Shown in pieces: positions 29,490 through 40,413 of a stretch of 64,000 nt of DNA. The position numbers and the translations under genes were made by a program. The notes under the pieces were generated by a model. It was not told the origin of the DNA and did no database searches. It was given only the letters and a program-made list of their open reading frames with translations. This DNA is from an uncultured Chloroflexia bacterium (GTDB lineage Bacteria; Chloroflexota; Chloroflexia; QHBQ01; JADMIH01). Every line of letters starts with the position of its first letter. Position 1 is the stretch's first letter. The stretch lies in assembly GCA_963797095.1 (NCBI GenBank), contig CAWCNY010000003.1, positions 1,083,722 to 1,147,721 on the forward strand. Direction: 5' to 3'.

Positions 29490-30271
29490 CCAGTGAAACC
29501 GATTCGCCACCTGAACTGCCTGGGGAGCCGCTTCTCGAGTTGCTTCGGCATACGCTCCCCCGCGATCCCGGCTGACCACTTTCAGTCCCGGGCTACCGCT
29601 GTCACCGCTACCGCTGCCCTCCGGTTAATGGGCTTTCAGCCAGGCGATAACCGTATTCTTCTCGCGGTCAGGCAACAAATCGACCAGATCCCGACGTGCC
29701 AGATCTACGAGGATTGTGGCATATTTCTGTCCTTTGCGCAGGGCAAAATCGTTTGCGCCAAGCACCTGAGGAGGTGGCCTCTCTGGCTCGGAAGCCCCCG
29801 CTGCTCGCACCAGCCTTAGAAGCGTATCTGGGCCGGCGGGTATCTGCACAAGCTCTGCCAGTCGAACTCCCGCCCTCCCTCCCAGTGCCAACCCAATGGC
29901 TTGTAGCCAGTCCTTGCACTGCTTGGTGCGGTGGACATACGCGGGGAGTTGCTCGCCCAACCGTTCTGCGAAGGTACGGCGAGGGCATGCGGGGTTGGAG
30001 CAGACGAAACGTCTTGCTCGTATTTGCAGTTGTACGCTCAGTCCTGCCCAGGACAGGTCTTGCACAGTGCGAGGGTAATAGCGGTGAATGCGGGATGAGG
30101 GCGTCTGGCATACTGGGCACAGGGCTGTGGGAGCAGTACTGATAACGGTGAGAACAAGTTGCTGAGTCGATGTTGGTCGTGCTCATTCTCATGCTCATTC
30201 TCGTGCCCGTGCCGTATGAGTTGGGCCAATTTCAGACCGGGGCAGTCAGCTAACAGGAAATCGCCATCCAT
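29490..30271 (-). pseudogene. Degraded ISL3-family transposase
   Basis: RRFVCSNPACPRRTFAE, DFALRKGQKYATILVDL, VSRDRGGAYA, QVANRFH with stops and frameshifts. Confidence 0.88.
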
Positions 30272-30352
30272 TTGAGCAACGTGTTCCTCCTTGCCGAGTA
30301 GTCGCTTGGTCTTCGATCATGTGGTTCAGTCACGAAGAGAGGTTACTCAACC

Positions 30353-32215
30353 TTATGGTATCGGGCAGTTGGGGAAGAACGTATTCGAGATGAACTTGGC
30401 AGTCTGCCCTCTGCTCACTGCGTTGCCGGGCAGGAAGCAGGGCACCCCACCTGTGCAAGGCGGATTCGTGCTGTAGCCGTTCACCACCCCGTGCAAATAT
30501 ACCCTCTCTATATAGATCCAGAATGGGCTGCCGTATGGCACATCGGTAAAGGTGTGCTGTGAGGTGGGGATTAGCTCCTGGTAATTGGCCGCAATCGCCA
30601 CGAACTTCGCGGTTTGCCCTCTTGTAACATTACTGCCCGGCAGGAAGCAGGGCGTACCTGTAGTACAGGGCGGCGATGATGTATAACCTCCCACCACATT
30701 GTGCAGGTACACTCGCTCCACGTACAACCAGAAGGTAGAGTTGGGCGGCACATCTGTGAAGGTCTGCTGAGACGGCGGGATAGCATCCTGGTAGTTGGCC
30801 GCGTTGGAGACGAACTTGGCCATCTGCCCCCTTGTAACATTACTGCCAGGCAAAAAGCACGGTATACCCGTAACGCATGGTGGCGATGATGTATACCCGC
30901 CTACGATCGATTGGCAGGAAAGGCATCGGACATATGAATAGAAGGTGCTGCCCTGGGGCACGTCGGTGAACTGGGTAGTGCACGAAGTACATACGTAGTG
31001 CTCAACCAGGGGTTGAGCGTGTGCCAGGCTCTCATCCTGGTAGCTGCCAACGGCCCACAGATTGTTGGGGCCAACTGCCGCTATGCTATAGAGAATATCG
31101 TTGCCAGTGCCCGGGCTGGGGCTTGTGACCACCGACCAGGCCGTGCCGTTCCAGTGCTCCACCAGTGTCCTATAGGCAGGGGGACTGCCTACACTCGCAA
31201 GGTTGCCCGTAGCCCACACGTCATTGGCTCCCACCGCCACCACACCTACAAGCCTGTTGCCGTCCGTTGCGGGGCTAGGGCTTGCTACCACCGTCCATGA
31301 TGTGCCGTCCCAGTGCTCCACCAGCGTCTGTTCATAGCCGCTTGCGTTCTGATAGGTGCCCACCGCCCACGCGTTACTCGCGCTCACAGCCGACACATCG
31401 TACAGGATGTTGCTGCCCGATGGGCCGGGGCTGGGGTTGGGGCTAATCACCCGGTGCCAGGCCGTGCCATCCCAGTGGTAAATAAGAGTCACATTGCCGC
31501 TGCCTACCTCCCACATCCCGACAGCCCACACATCAGTTGGGCGCATAATCGACACCCCGTTGAGGTGGAGATTCGAGCCGAGCACTGGACTAGCCACAAC
31601 GGCCCACGACGTGCCGTTCCAGAACTCGGTGAGCGTCTGGGGGTCTGTGACGTTGGTGTAGTCGCCTACCGCCCACACATAGTCCGTCGCTGTTGCTGAT
31701 ACCGAGTTGAGATGGCTGCTGGGGCCTGGAGTTGGGCTTGCTACTACTGACCAGGCGGTGCCGTTCCAGTGCTCTGCCAGCGTGCGGCTGGTGCCCGATT
31801 CACTATAGTAGCCAACCGCCCAGATGTCGTTAGCTGATACTACAGCGATACTCTTCAGGGTAGACCCTGTGCCGAGGGTGGGGCTTGCGACCGTGTCCCA
31901 TACCGTGCCATCCCAGTGAAGTACCAATGTCTGGTTATTGGTTTTGTAGCCTACAGCCCATACGTTGTTTGCGCTCACAACCGCCACATCATATACCTGG
32001 CTGCTGGAGGTAAACTCAGGCGTTGTGGCCACGATCAGGCCGCACACATCATCGGGTTGGGATCGGGCATCCTGCGCAGGATCGTGTTTGACGGGCTGTT
32101 GCTTGTACGTGCTTACCTTACTCATCGAGCCAGCAAAGGCCACTTTGCTTGCGGCTCCTGCAATTGCCAGCACAGCCAACAGCATCAAGGCATAGAGTGC
32201 AATCCTGGTTTTCAT
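30353..32215 (-). CDS. Secreted beta-propeller repeat protein with three C-terminal SLH-like domains
   Basis: Signal peptide; (WAVG...TLxEHWNGTxW) repeats; three FTDVP...FLPGSNVTRGQxAKF repeats. Confidence 0.85.
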   Translation of the reverse strand: MKTRIALYALMLLAVLAIAGAASKVAFAGSMSKVSTYKQQPVKHDPAQDARSQPDDVCGLIVATTPEFTSSSQVYDVAVVSANNVWAVGYKTNNQTLVLHWDGTVWDTVASPTLGTGSTLKSIAVVSANDIWAVGYYSESGTSRTLAEHWNGTAWSVVASPTPGPSSHLNSVSATATDYVWAVGDYTNVTDPQTLTEFWNGTSWAVVASPVLGSNLHLNGVSIMRPTDVWAVGMWEVGSGNVTLIYHWDGTAWHRVISPNPSPGPSGSNILYDVSAVSASNAWAVGTYQNASGYEQTLVEHWDGTSWTVVASPSPATDGNRLVGVVAVGANDVWATGNLASVGSPPAYRTLVEHWNGTAWSVVTSPSPGTGNDILYSIAAVGPNNLWAVGSYQDESLAHAQPLVEHYVCTSCTTQFTDVPQGSTFYSYVRCLSCQSIVGGYTSSPPCVTGIPCFLPGSNVTRGQMAKFVSNAANYQDAIPPSQQTFTDVPPNSTFWLYVERVYLHNVVGGYTSSPPCTTGTPCFLPGSNVTRGQTAKFVAIAANYQELIPTSQHTFTDVPYGSPFWIYIERVYLHGVVNGYSTNPPCTGGVPCFLPGNAVSRGQTAKFISNTFFPNCPIP

Positions 32216-32255
32216 CTGAGCTTCTCCTGTTGCTACGGAGTATTGCCAAATCGGA

Positions 32256-33425
32256 TCAATAGGTACCCATAGGGTGCCAGTTTGTGCCGTCCCACAGCGC
32301 TACGTGGTGGACAAGGATGTTGTGCACATAATCGAAGCGCCCGCCCATGTACATTCCGGCGCTGCCGGTGGCGAGCGCGTAAACCTGATCGTCCGTGCCA
32401 CCTGGATCGGACCAGTACGAGCCGTTCCAACGCGACAGGAAGAACTGCTGCGGCGGCGCGCCGAAAATGCCCCCAACGTAAACCGAGCCGTTGTACATCG
32501 TCACTGCGTACACGATCACCTGGGTCGGGTAAGAGAGGTCCCAGCCAACTGCGGCCCATTTCAGACCACGTACGTTAGGAGAGTAGCTGGCGATGCTTCG
32601 CGCCGCCACGCCACCCGCGTGCTCGAAATAGCCGCCTACGTACAGCACCAGCCCGCTGTAGTGAAGAGTATTCACATAGCCATCGACATCGCCGATGGAC
32701 GACCACCCGATGCCGTTCCAGAGGGCAAGGCCATTGGTGCCGGGCACCCCTGCGGCCTGTGGGAAGGTCCCGCCTACATACACTTTGCTGCCGCTGACGG
32801 CGATGGCGTTGACCGATCCGCCCGTGCCCGCGCCCACGCCATGCCAGGTCGAGCCGTCCCACATGGCGATGTTGGCGGCATAATTGAGGCCAGCAACCGA
32901 GAAGTGCCCGCCCACGTACAGGTCTCCGGCGCTGTTGAACGCCAGCGCGCGTACGCTGACGTTGCTGCTGCCGCCCACGCCAAGCTGCACATCGTTCCAG
33001 GAGATACCGTTCCACCTGGCTATGTTGTTCACCGTCAAAAGGCCCGAATAGGTGAACTCACCACCGATGTAAACGTCGGTGCCATGTACGGCTATGGCGC
33101 GCACGGTGCCCGCTATGCCGCTGCCCATGCTGTGCCACTGTGAGCCGTCCCATCTGGCGATATTGTTGGCTGCTACGCCGCCTGCGTGGCTAAAGTCACC
33201 ACCTATATACACATTGGTGCCGCTGACGGCGATTGCGTACACAAAGCCGTCGGTGCCTCTGTAGCCTGGGAAGGGATTGTCGGGCTTGCTGTCGGAGGAT
33301 TGCGCAGGAAGTGCTGCCGCTTGGGCTATGCCTGTAACCTGATATCCAAAACCCAGGATGGGCAACAGGACCAGAACTAATGCGGCGATGATCTTGACAA
33401 TGCTGAATGTGTTCTTACCGTTCAT
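32256..33425 (-). CDS. Secreted beta-propeller repeat protein
   Basis: Signal peptide; (VYxGGxF..AGG..ANNIARWDG..W) repeats. Confidence 0.85.
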   Translation of the reverse strand: MNGKNTFSIVKIIAALVLVLLPILGFGYQVTGIAQAAALPAQSSDSKPDNPFPGYRGTDGFVYAIAVSGTNVYIGGDFSHAGGVAANNIARWDGSQWHSMGSGIAGTVRAIAVHGTDVYIGGEFTYSGLLTVNNIARWNGISWNDVQLGVGGSSNVSVRALAFNSAGDLYVGGHFSVAGLNYAANIAMWDGSTWHGVGAGTGGSVNAIAVSGSKVYVGGTFPQAAGVPGTNGLALWNGIGWSSIGDVDGYVNTLHYSGLVLYVGGYFEHAGGVAARSIASYSPNVRGLKWAAVGWDLSYPTQVIVYAVTMYNGSVYVGGIFGAPPQQFFLSRWNGSYWSDPGGTDDQVYALATGSAGMYMGGRFDYVHNILVHHVALWDGTNWHPMGTY

Positions 33426-33515
33426 TTTTTCTCCTGACTATTGAGTGAGTAGGCGTTTGCTTGTAGGCCACGACTTTGTCCAGTAAGTCCACTTTATCAG
33501 GGTGCGCTTACCACG

Positions 33516-33538
33516 ATATGAGCCATTTGTCTCACTTT
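33516..33538 (-). promoter_or_regulatory. Candidate LuxR-type activator site (copy 2)
   Basis: ATATGAGCCATTTGTCTCACTTT, exact reverse complement of 34561-34583. Confidence 0.6.
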
Positions 33539-33618
33539 CCTGCCCGCGATCAAATAGGTGCAAGAATGACAAATGAGTCGTGCAAAGCGCAGAATTATCT
33601 TGGCTCTCCGCCGTTTCT

Positions 33619-34547
33619 GATACTGGCGGCAAATTCAGCGACCGTTGCCTGCTAGGCTGCCTGCGCCATCAGTGAAGAAGAATGGGGCCGCCTGGTTTGG
33701 GCATGAGATCTACCCGCTAGCCATTCGGCCACCCGAACCGAGTCGATGGCTGTCGCCATTATCACATGAGCTGGATGCGTCCTTGCTAAACCAACATAAG
33801 GTGACCGTCGCATGCCACACCGTCGAACACCCTGCGATATAGTTCCTTCTATTCCCGCTCGCCAGGCATATTCCCTTGCTTACTTTGCCGTTTCCTCCTG
33901 AACCCGCCTCTGCTGGAGGGCCTGGTACCGCTCCATAGGTCGACCGCAATGCCTCTACGAGGGTACTTGGCTTGCGATTGAATACACAGTGCCTGGCTTT
34001 TGCATACGCTGCAATCCTTGAGGGAGAACCTGATATGGATTATTGGATTGCCTCGCCTGTCAATGTGCGAACTCCATTCTGAGCTTTCTTTCCCCTCAGG
34101 ACATCTAGCTTTTGTCCTCTCCCAATCAAGTACAAAACGGTCACCGCCAAACGCTTGCTCATTTTGTGTCCTTTCCCCTCTCTCCGCCCTCTCCATGTTG
34201 GCTCTCGTCTTGGCTTGCCAGTGTAATGTGCGTCTGGTTGGTCCCAGCAGTTCTACCTTATAGTCCTGCTTGCTCGTCACTAGTAGTTCGGCATCCAAGA
34301 AACCTGTGTCAACTATATGCACTCGCGGCAATAGACCTTTAGCTCTAAGACCCTCGTGTATGAGCGGAAGCTCTGCAAAACATCTTGATAGCGGTGGGGA
34401 TAAACTTGCTGCCATTAGTGGAGTGGTTTGGGGATCGTCCGATGGCTCCCACGCGTACATCGGCATTTGCGGCTTTGGCAAGCAGGCGAAGAATCATAGC
34501 TGACGCAGTAGTATCGGGCCCTTGAGCATGGGTTCGCCAGCGGTATC
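33619..34547 (-). mobile_element. Internally deleted IS1182-family remnant
   Basis: HIVDTGFL, CPEGKES, CSVC..C, GIEGTISQGVR...YVGLART; imperfect GATAC-initiated inverted ends at 33619 and 34547. Confidence 0.75.
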
Positions 34548-34560
34548 ACTACAGGACAGA

Positions 34561-34583
34561 AAAGTGAGACAAATGGCTCATAT
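34561..34583 (+). promoter_or_regulatory. Candidate LuxR-type activator site (copy 3)
   Basis: AAAGTGAGACAAATGGCTCATAT followed 19 bp later by TAAATA. Confidence 0.6.
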
Positions 34584-34706
34584 GCTCTTGTGCCGCAAGT
34601 GCTAAATATGAGATGAGGATAGTCAATCAACAATTCGCCTAGGCCCGGTGCAAAGACCTAGTAGCTGACCGCCGCAATCTTGGCAAGAGGCCAAAAGGAG
34701 AATCCA

Positions 34707-37088
34707 ATGAACCCAATTCGACAGTTCCCACGCCCCTTCTTCCTTGCCATGGCACTCCTAATCGCCCTGTTGGCGCTCACCCCAAACGCGGCGCTGGCGC
34801 GCTCGGCCCGGCCCGCTGCCTTCCCGGTTGCCAGCACTGCAGGCCTGGCCGGGGCGCTCAACTCAGACGGCACCCTGCGCGCCGATCTGCACGGCAGCTT
34901 CGCCACCCAGGGCTACACAATACAGATCGGAGCCGACGGCACGCCCACCTTCAAGCCCCCTGCTACCCCTGCGATTGGCGATGGTGCAAGGGCCAAAAGC
35001 CCCATCGATCCGCCCACCAATACCTCTGGCTCCTATCGTTGGGACAGCAACTTCGGCCTGCGTGGCACCAACGGCTTCGTCCGCGCCCTGGCCGTCAGCG
35101 GCAGCAGTGTCTACATAGGCGGCTACTTCAGCGTGGCCGGGACGGTGGAGGCCAGCAATATAGTTCGCTGGGACGGGGGCAGCAGTTGGGCGGCGCTGGG
35201 CAGTGGAGTAAATGACACCGTCATCGCCCTGACGCTGATAGGCAGCGATCTGTATGTGGGCGGCGACTTCACCTACGCTGGCGGCGTCAGCGCCAACCAT
35301 ATCGCCAAATGGAACGGCAGCAGTTGGGCGGCGCTGGGTAGTGGGGTGAACGATACGGTGCACGCCCTAGCTGCCAATGGCAACACCCTCTATGTGGGAG
35401 GCGACTTCACCAACGCAAGTGGCCTGCCCGCTGGGCGGGTGGCCCGTTGGGAGGGCGGTTCCTGGACCGCGCTGGGCAGCGGCATGGACAACACGGTCAA
35501 CACTCTGCTGCTGGCGGGCGGCATCCTTTACGCTGGCGGCGAGTTCGCCAATGCCGATAGCCTCCCGGCAGCCCACCTGGCGCTATGGACCGGGGTAGCC
35601 TGGAGGGCTCTTGTTGGCGGAGGCACGGACGGTCCGGTCTATGCCCTGGCCCAGATTGGCAGCAACCTCTATGTCGGCGGTGCTTTTACTCAAACTGGAG
35701 GCCACACCACCCCCAACCTGGCCGTTTATACCCTCGCCAGTGGCTGGACTCCCTACAGCTACTATGTGAGCAGCACCGTCTATGCGCTTGCAGTCAACGG
35801 TACCGACCTCTATTTCGGCGGTAACTTCACCTACATCCAGTTGCAAACCCGCAACCGCATCGCCCGCCTAGATACCGTCGCCAACACTATCTCGGCGCTG
35901 GGCAACGGTATGAATGACGACGTAAGGACTATCGCCCTCAGCGGGGGTATGATGCTAGTCGGCGGTGTCTTCACCAGTGCCGCTACAGTGGTCACGCCCC
36001 ACCTGGCCCAATGGACCGGCAGCACCTGGCTCGCGCTGACCACCAGCCAGGGCGTGCAGAGTGCAGGCGAGGTTAGGGTTGTGACCATACAAGGAAGTGA
36101 TGTCTACATTGGCGGACAGTTCAGTCAGGTAGGCGGAGTGGCGGCCAACAATATCGCCCGTTGGGACGGCAGCGCCTGGCACGCACTGGGCAGCGGCACC
36201 GACGACACAGTGAACGCTCTGGTGGTCTCCAGCGGTAACGGCCTCTACGTAGGTGGCAACTTCACCCGCGCGGGAGGGGTGGCCGCCAACCATATCGCGT
36301 TTTGGGGTAGCGGCATCTGGCTCGCCCTGGGCAGTGGCACTAACGGCACTGACGGCCCCGTCTACAGCCTCGCCAATCACTACGGCTACATCTATGTGGG
36401 CGGCAGGTTCACAACTGCAGGCGGCCTGGCGGCAAATAACATCGCCGTCTATAGCGGCGGCTGGTCCGCCCTGGGCAGCGGCACCAACAACGTGGTCTTT
36501 GCTGTGGCCGTGGATGCATCGGGTACTGTCTACGCTGGTGGCTCGTTCAACCAGGCGGGTGGCCACACTGCGCGCGCAATCGCTCGCTATTCCCGCGGCG
36601 TCTGGCACGAACTGGGCGGTGGCGTATCAGGCGGCTCCTGGCCCATACCAATAGTGTACACCCTCCTCATCTCCGGAGCCAATGTCTACGTTGGGGGCCG
36701 TTTTGGCGTCGCTGGTGACGTGGCTTCGCCCAACCTCGCCGTTTGGAACGACAACTACCCCGGCTGGGGCACCGTCGGTGGTGGCGTTCGGGGGAGCGAT
36801 ATGTATGAGGGGGTGTTTGCCCTTGCCCTCACCCACGACCAACTGCTCTATGTCGGTGGGGATATAGACCGGGCCGGCGGGGCCATCGTCCGCAACCTGG
36901 CCTTCTGGACTGGCAGCACCTGGTCCGATGTTGGCGGCGGCACCGGTGGCCTCAATAGCAATGTGCTCGGCCTGGCCCTGACCACAGACGGCCTCGACAC
37001 TCTTTTTGCGGGCGGGCAATTCGACACCGCCGGGGTCAAGGCCTCCATCTGTATCGCACGTTGGTACTTCAACCCGATCTTGCCCTAG
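34707..37088 (+). CDS. Large secreted beta-propeller repeat protein
   Basis: AAGGAG RBS before ATG 34707; signal peptide; about 13 LYVGGxFT.AGG..A..IAxW repeats. Confidence 0.85.
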   Translation: MNPIRQFPRPFFLAMALLIALLALTPNAALARSARPAAFPVASTAGLAGALNSDGTLRADLHGSFATQGYTIQIGADGTPTFKPPATPAIGDGARAKSPIDPPTNTSGSYRWDSNFGLRGTNGFVRALAVSGSSVYIGGYFSVAGTVEASNIVRWDGGSSWAALGSGVNDTVIALTLIGSDLYVGGDFTYAGGVSANHIAKWNGSSWAALGSGVNDTVHALAANGNTLYVGGDFTNASGLPAGRVARWEGGSWTALGSGMDNTVNTLLLAGGILYAGGEFANADSLPAAHLALWTGVAWRALVGGGTDGPVYALAQIGSNLYVGGAFTQTGGHTTPNLAVYTLASGWTPYSYYVSSTVYALAVNGTDLYFGGNFTYIQLQTRNRIARLDTVANTISALGNGMNDDVRTIALSGGMMLVGGVFTSAATVVTPHLAQWTGSTWLALTTSQGVQSAGEVRVVTIQGSDVYIGGQFSQVGGVAANNIARWDGSAWHALGSGTDDTVNALVVSSGNGLYVGGNFTRAGGVAANHIAFWGSGIWLALGSGTNGTDGPVYSLANHYGYIYVGGRFTTAGGLAANNIAVYSGGWSALGSGTNNVVFAVAVDASGTVYAGGSFNQAGGHTARAIARYSRGVWHELGGGVSGGSWPIPIVYTLLISGANVYVGGRFGVAGDVASPNLAVWNDNYPGWGTVGGGVRGSDMYEGVFALALTHDQLLYVGGDIDRAGGAIVRNLAFWTGSTWSDVGGGTGGLNSNVLGLALTTDGLDTLFAGGQFDTAGVKASICIARWYFNPILP

Positions 37089-37171
37089 CGGGCAGCAAGC
37101 AAAGATGGTGGGGCCAGTTCTAAGCGAGAAGGGCTCACCGGTCCTCAGGTGAATGCACTTCTTCGCCAGGC

Positions 37172-38386
37172 TCAAGCCTCAGGAGAGCCGGAGCGCGAGG
37201 GACCATACACCTGGCTGTCATAGTAGATTCCGTTGGTGTCCACTTTGCCTGCCACGGCCCTGCCGTCTATGTTGTTATAGAAGAGGATCGTGCCGTTGGT
37301 GCCTGCCACGACGTTGGTCCAATCGGGCTGTATGGTGAACGCTTGCAGGCTAACGACAGAGCCATCACTATCCACACGGAGGGTGGCTGCCCTGCCTGTA
37401 GGCTGTTCGTAGAAGAAGTAGACCCCGTTGGACGGGCCCACTATGTTGGTCCAACCGCTGCTGAAGTTCGTGTATGTCTTCAGCGAGTTTATACTACCAT
37501 CGCCGTTCACTCGCACCGTGCCGCCCGCGTGTGAGCCGTTATAGTAAGTACCGCTGGTATCTACGTGTCCCACTTCCGCATGACCGGTCGTGCTGTTATA
37601 GAAGATGACCTGGCCCATACCGTCTGCTGGTGGAGTGGGGGCTGCGGGCGCCGTGGGTGCTGTGACCGGGGTATTGGTCGGCGAACTGCCGGGCTCAGCG
37701 GTAGGGTCATGGGTCGGACTGTTAGGGGGATGCACCGCGGGGTATTTCTTATCGTGGTAGGAGTCACCGAGCAGCGAGAGAAGCACGTTGTTAGGAGCGG
37801 TATACTCGGGATGGAGCTCGAACACGGCACGCTGGAAATACTGCACGGTGCGAGGATTGCCGTCCTTATCTATCTCCGTAAACTCTTCCGAGATGGGGTA
37901 GCCCTGCTGGGCCAGTCCGCCATGCGTCTCCCAGTACTGGCGGAAAGCCCCGCCTACTGTGAAGCCGGTCTGGTTGAAGAGGCGGGGGTTATCGGTGCTG
38001 GTGTGCTGGCCGGGGGCGCTCCCCTTGTATTTTTCGTTGTAGTAGAAGGTGCCAAGCAGCGAGAGGAGCACCTCATCCGACGTGCCTGCCTATTCGGGGT
38101 GGTACTCGAATACAGCTCTCTGGAATTATTGCATGGTATACGTCTGACCGTCGCTGTCGGACTGCTCCTGCATCTCCTGGGTGATGGGGTAGCCCTGTTG
38201 AGAAAGGCTGCCGTGGGTGTCCCAATATGCCAGTAAGGTGCCGTTCACACTTTTATCGGTCTCCGGGAATAGTCGCGCGGTGCCCTGCGCCCTGGAAGTC
38301 TGTGGCGCGCCCCAGAACGAGCCTAGCGCCACCACAAGGAAGGCTAGCAGGATCGATACTCTGCTGAACGTTTGCTTGATTTTCAC
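37172..38386 (-). pseudogene. Secreted FPETG-repeat protein interrupted by two in-frame stops
   Basis: Signal peptide, LFPETD...GYPITQE, then MQ*FQRAVFEYHPE*AG continuing in frame into 37172..38071. Confidence 0.8.
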
Positions 38387-38453
38387 TTTATTTCTCCTTT
38401 GAGTTGGAAACTACAAGTAGAATCATTGTGCTGCCCGAAGCCACAATCGGGGA

Positions 38454-38680
38454 CTACCTATCAACGCCCCGTGACAGCATGGTCAGTAGTAAGTCCACAA
38501 GCCCTTGCAAGTTGTCGAACCGCTGAACCTCTCCATCGGTCACCCGTTGCACCTTGCCTTGCCACTTTGCTTTGGCATTACGGTCGCTGTCCTCGTTATC
38601 GTCCGCGCGATCGTCCGCGCCTTTGTGCTCGTTCTCATCGTCTGCCGTCACTGACCACACCCGCACCAGGAAGAGGTTAG
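38454..38680 (-). pseudogene. Truncated small protein, paralogue of 53182..53445
   Basis: LFLVRVW...WQGKVQRVTDGE...F..L..L versus LFMVRVW...WRGKAQRVVSGE. Confidence 0.6.
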
Positions 38681-39090
38681 TGTCGCAGTGCGCCATGCAG
38701 GCGGCGAAGATGGCTCTCCAGTTGGCAGCTTCGGGTGATGCGCAGGTGGAGATATTGTCGGTCATTCCGGTCCCTCAATATGCAGCCAGTGTGGGTGGTG
38801 TAGACATGGACTTCGAGCGTGGGCGCTCGTACTTCATGGCCCGCCAGCACGAGCTAATCCGGGAGGCTACGGCGAAGCGCATCCAGTTGTATAGCAGGAT
38901 CGTGGTGGGCAACGTGACTCGCACAATCGTGCAGTGTGCACGGACTAGTGGCGCAGACCTGATCGTGCTTGGCTACAAAGGCTCTTCAACGCTTTGGGAG
39001 GAGAGCGGCGATACACCGCCCGGCAACCTGGGCAGCATCGCCGATCAAGTTACAAAGTACGCGCACTGTTCAGTGCTGGTGGTTCGCTGA
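38681..39090 (+). pseudogene. Universal stress protein (Usp) lacking its N-terminal strand
   Basis: ADLIVLGYKG...LGSIADQVTKYAHCSVLVVR; no ILVxxDG start. Confidence 0.75.
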
Positions 39091-39116
39091 AGCTTGGCTG
39101 CAAATCACACACCGGC

Positions 39117-40370
39117 TCATGCAACTGCTGCATCCGACCTGCTCTGTCTTCCTCTGACAGCAAGGAACAGTGGAAGAGCAGCAAACTCCGCGAGCAAGCA
39201 GAAGGCTATCAGCAAAGGTATAGACACAGCATACAGAACACCGATCGCCACGCTTCCCAAAAACCAGAATATGCCATAGCCTGCGGTGAAGAGGCCGTAG
39301 GCCGAGGCGCGACGATTGGCCGGCACCATCAGCGCCACCGCCGCCGGTATGATCAACTCGTGCACGCCCATTCCCAACCCCCACAGAGCGACACCAACAA
39401 GCGCCACCCAAAAATCGCCAAGGAAGACCAGCGGCGCGAATAGAGCCGAGAGGACGGTCAACGGTATCAGGATGCCTATGCCCATTCGATCAAAGAGACG
39501 CCCGAACGCGAGCGAGCCTATCCCGCTTATTCCCATAGCTACCGAATAGAAGACCGGTATCCACACGCCAGGCACTGCCCCGACCTGCTGGAGATGGTAC
39601 GCCATGAACGGGAAATCCGCGAAACCAACGGCCACCAGCACAGCCCCGGATAGGTAGAGCCAGAAGACGTGGGGCAACCCACTGGTCTGCACATTTGGTG
39701 GATTGGTCTCCATGTCCTGTGGGCGCGGGTAGAGCAGACGCGCCACGACCATGAGGCTGAGCGTGATGAGCGCAGGCACAAGGAGTATGGCAAAGGCAGT
39801 GCGGTAATCCCCTTGCCAGGCCAGCACCCCCGCGATGAGCAGAGGGCCAAAGAGTGCGCCAAACTGGTCGAGCGCCTCATGCACCCCAAATGCCCATCCA
39901 TATCCTCCCATCTCTTTGGCCGCGTGCGACAGCATCACGTCGCGCGGAGGGTTGCGGGTGGCTTTGCCCACGCGCTCCAGGATTATGAGAAGTGCCGCCA
40001 CCTGCCAGTTGCCCGCCAGGGCGAGCAGCGGCACCGAGAACATCTGGACAACGTAACCGACGATCGTTATAGGCCAGAACTGGCCCGTCTGATCGCTCAA
40101 GCGTCCCGACACGAGGCGCAGTCCATAGCCGAGCAGCTCTCCCAAGCCGGTGATGATGGCGATTGCTGTCGCACCCGCGCCAAGCAAGGCCAGGTAAGGA
40201 CCGACTATGCTCCGGGAGCCTTCGTAAGTGAAGTCGGCAAAGAAACTCATGACGCCGATCAACAGGACGAACCTGAATGCCTTCGATCGGGCCGGTGACG
40301 GGAGGGGCGGACGTGATGGCTTGGCTGAGGTCACCTCCGCCTCTGCTGTTTTTGGGTCAGATGCTTTCAT
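39117..40370 (-). CDS. MFS transporter
   Basis: GGAGGG RBS before ATG 40370; FADFTYEG.RS, GRLSDQTG, ERVGKATRNPPRD, GRLFDRMG; about 12 TM helices. Confidence 0.9.
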   Translation of the reverse strand: MKASDPKTAEAEVTSAKPSRPPLPSPARSKAFRFVLLIGVMSFFADFTYEGSRSIVGPYLALLGAGATAIAIITGLGELLGYGLRLVSGRLSDQTGQFWPITIVGYVVQMFSVPLLALAGNWQVAALLIILERVGKATRNPPRDVMLSHAAKEMGGYGWAFGVHEALDQFGALFGPLLIAGVLAWQGDYRTAFAILLVPALITLSLMVVARLLYPRPQDMETNPPNVQTSGLPHVFWLYLSGAVLVAVGFADFPFMAYHLQQVGAVPGVWIPVFYSVAMGISGIGSLAFGRLFDRMGIGILIPLTVLSALFAPLVFLGDFWVALVGVALWGLGMGVHELIIPAAVALMVPANRRASAYGLFTAGYGIFWFLGSVAIGVLYAVSIPLLIAFCLLAEFAALPLFLAVRGRQSRSDAAVA

Positions 40371-40413
40371 TAATCCCTCCCCCTTTGCTTCAGTTCCAAT
40401 CAAACGCTTCCGG

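Noticed and set aside
29441-29551. N-terminus of the STAND-LuxR ORF as given in the track
   Set aside because: Mostly an alternative frame of the ISL3 remnant
33516-34583. 23-bp inverted repeats as the TIRs of the IS1182 remnant
   Set aside because: The remnant has its own GATAC-type ends at 33619 and 34547, and a third motif copy with the same promoter spacing lies at 26764
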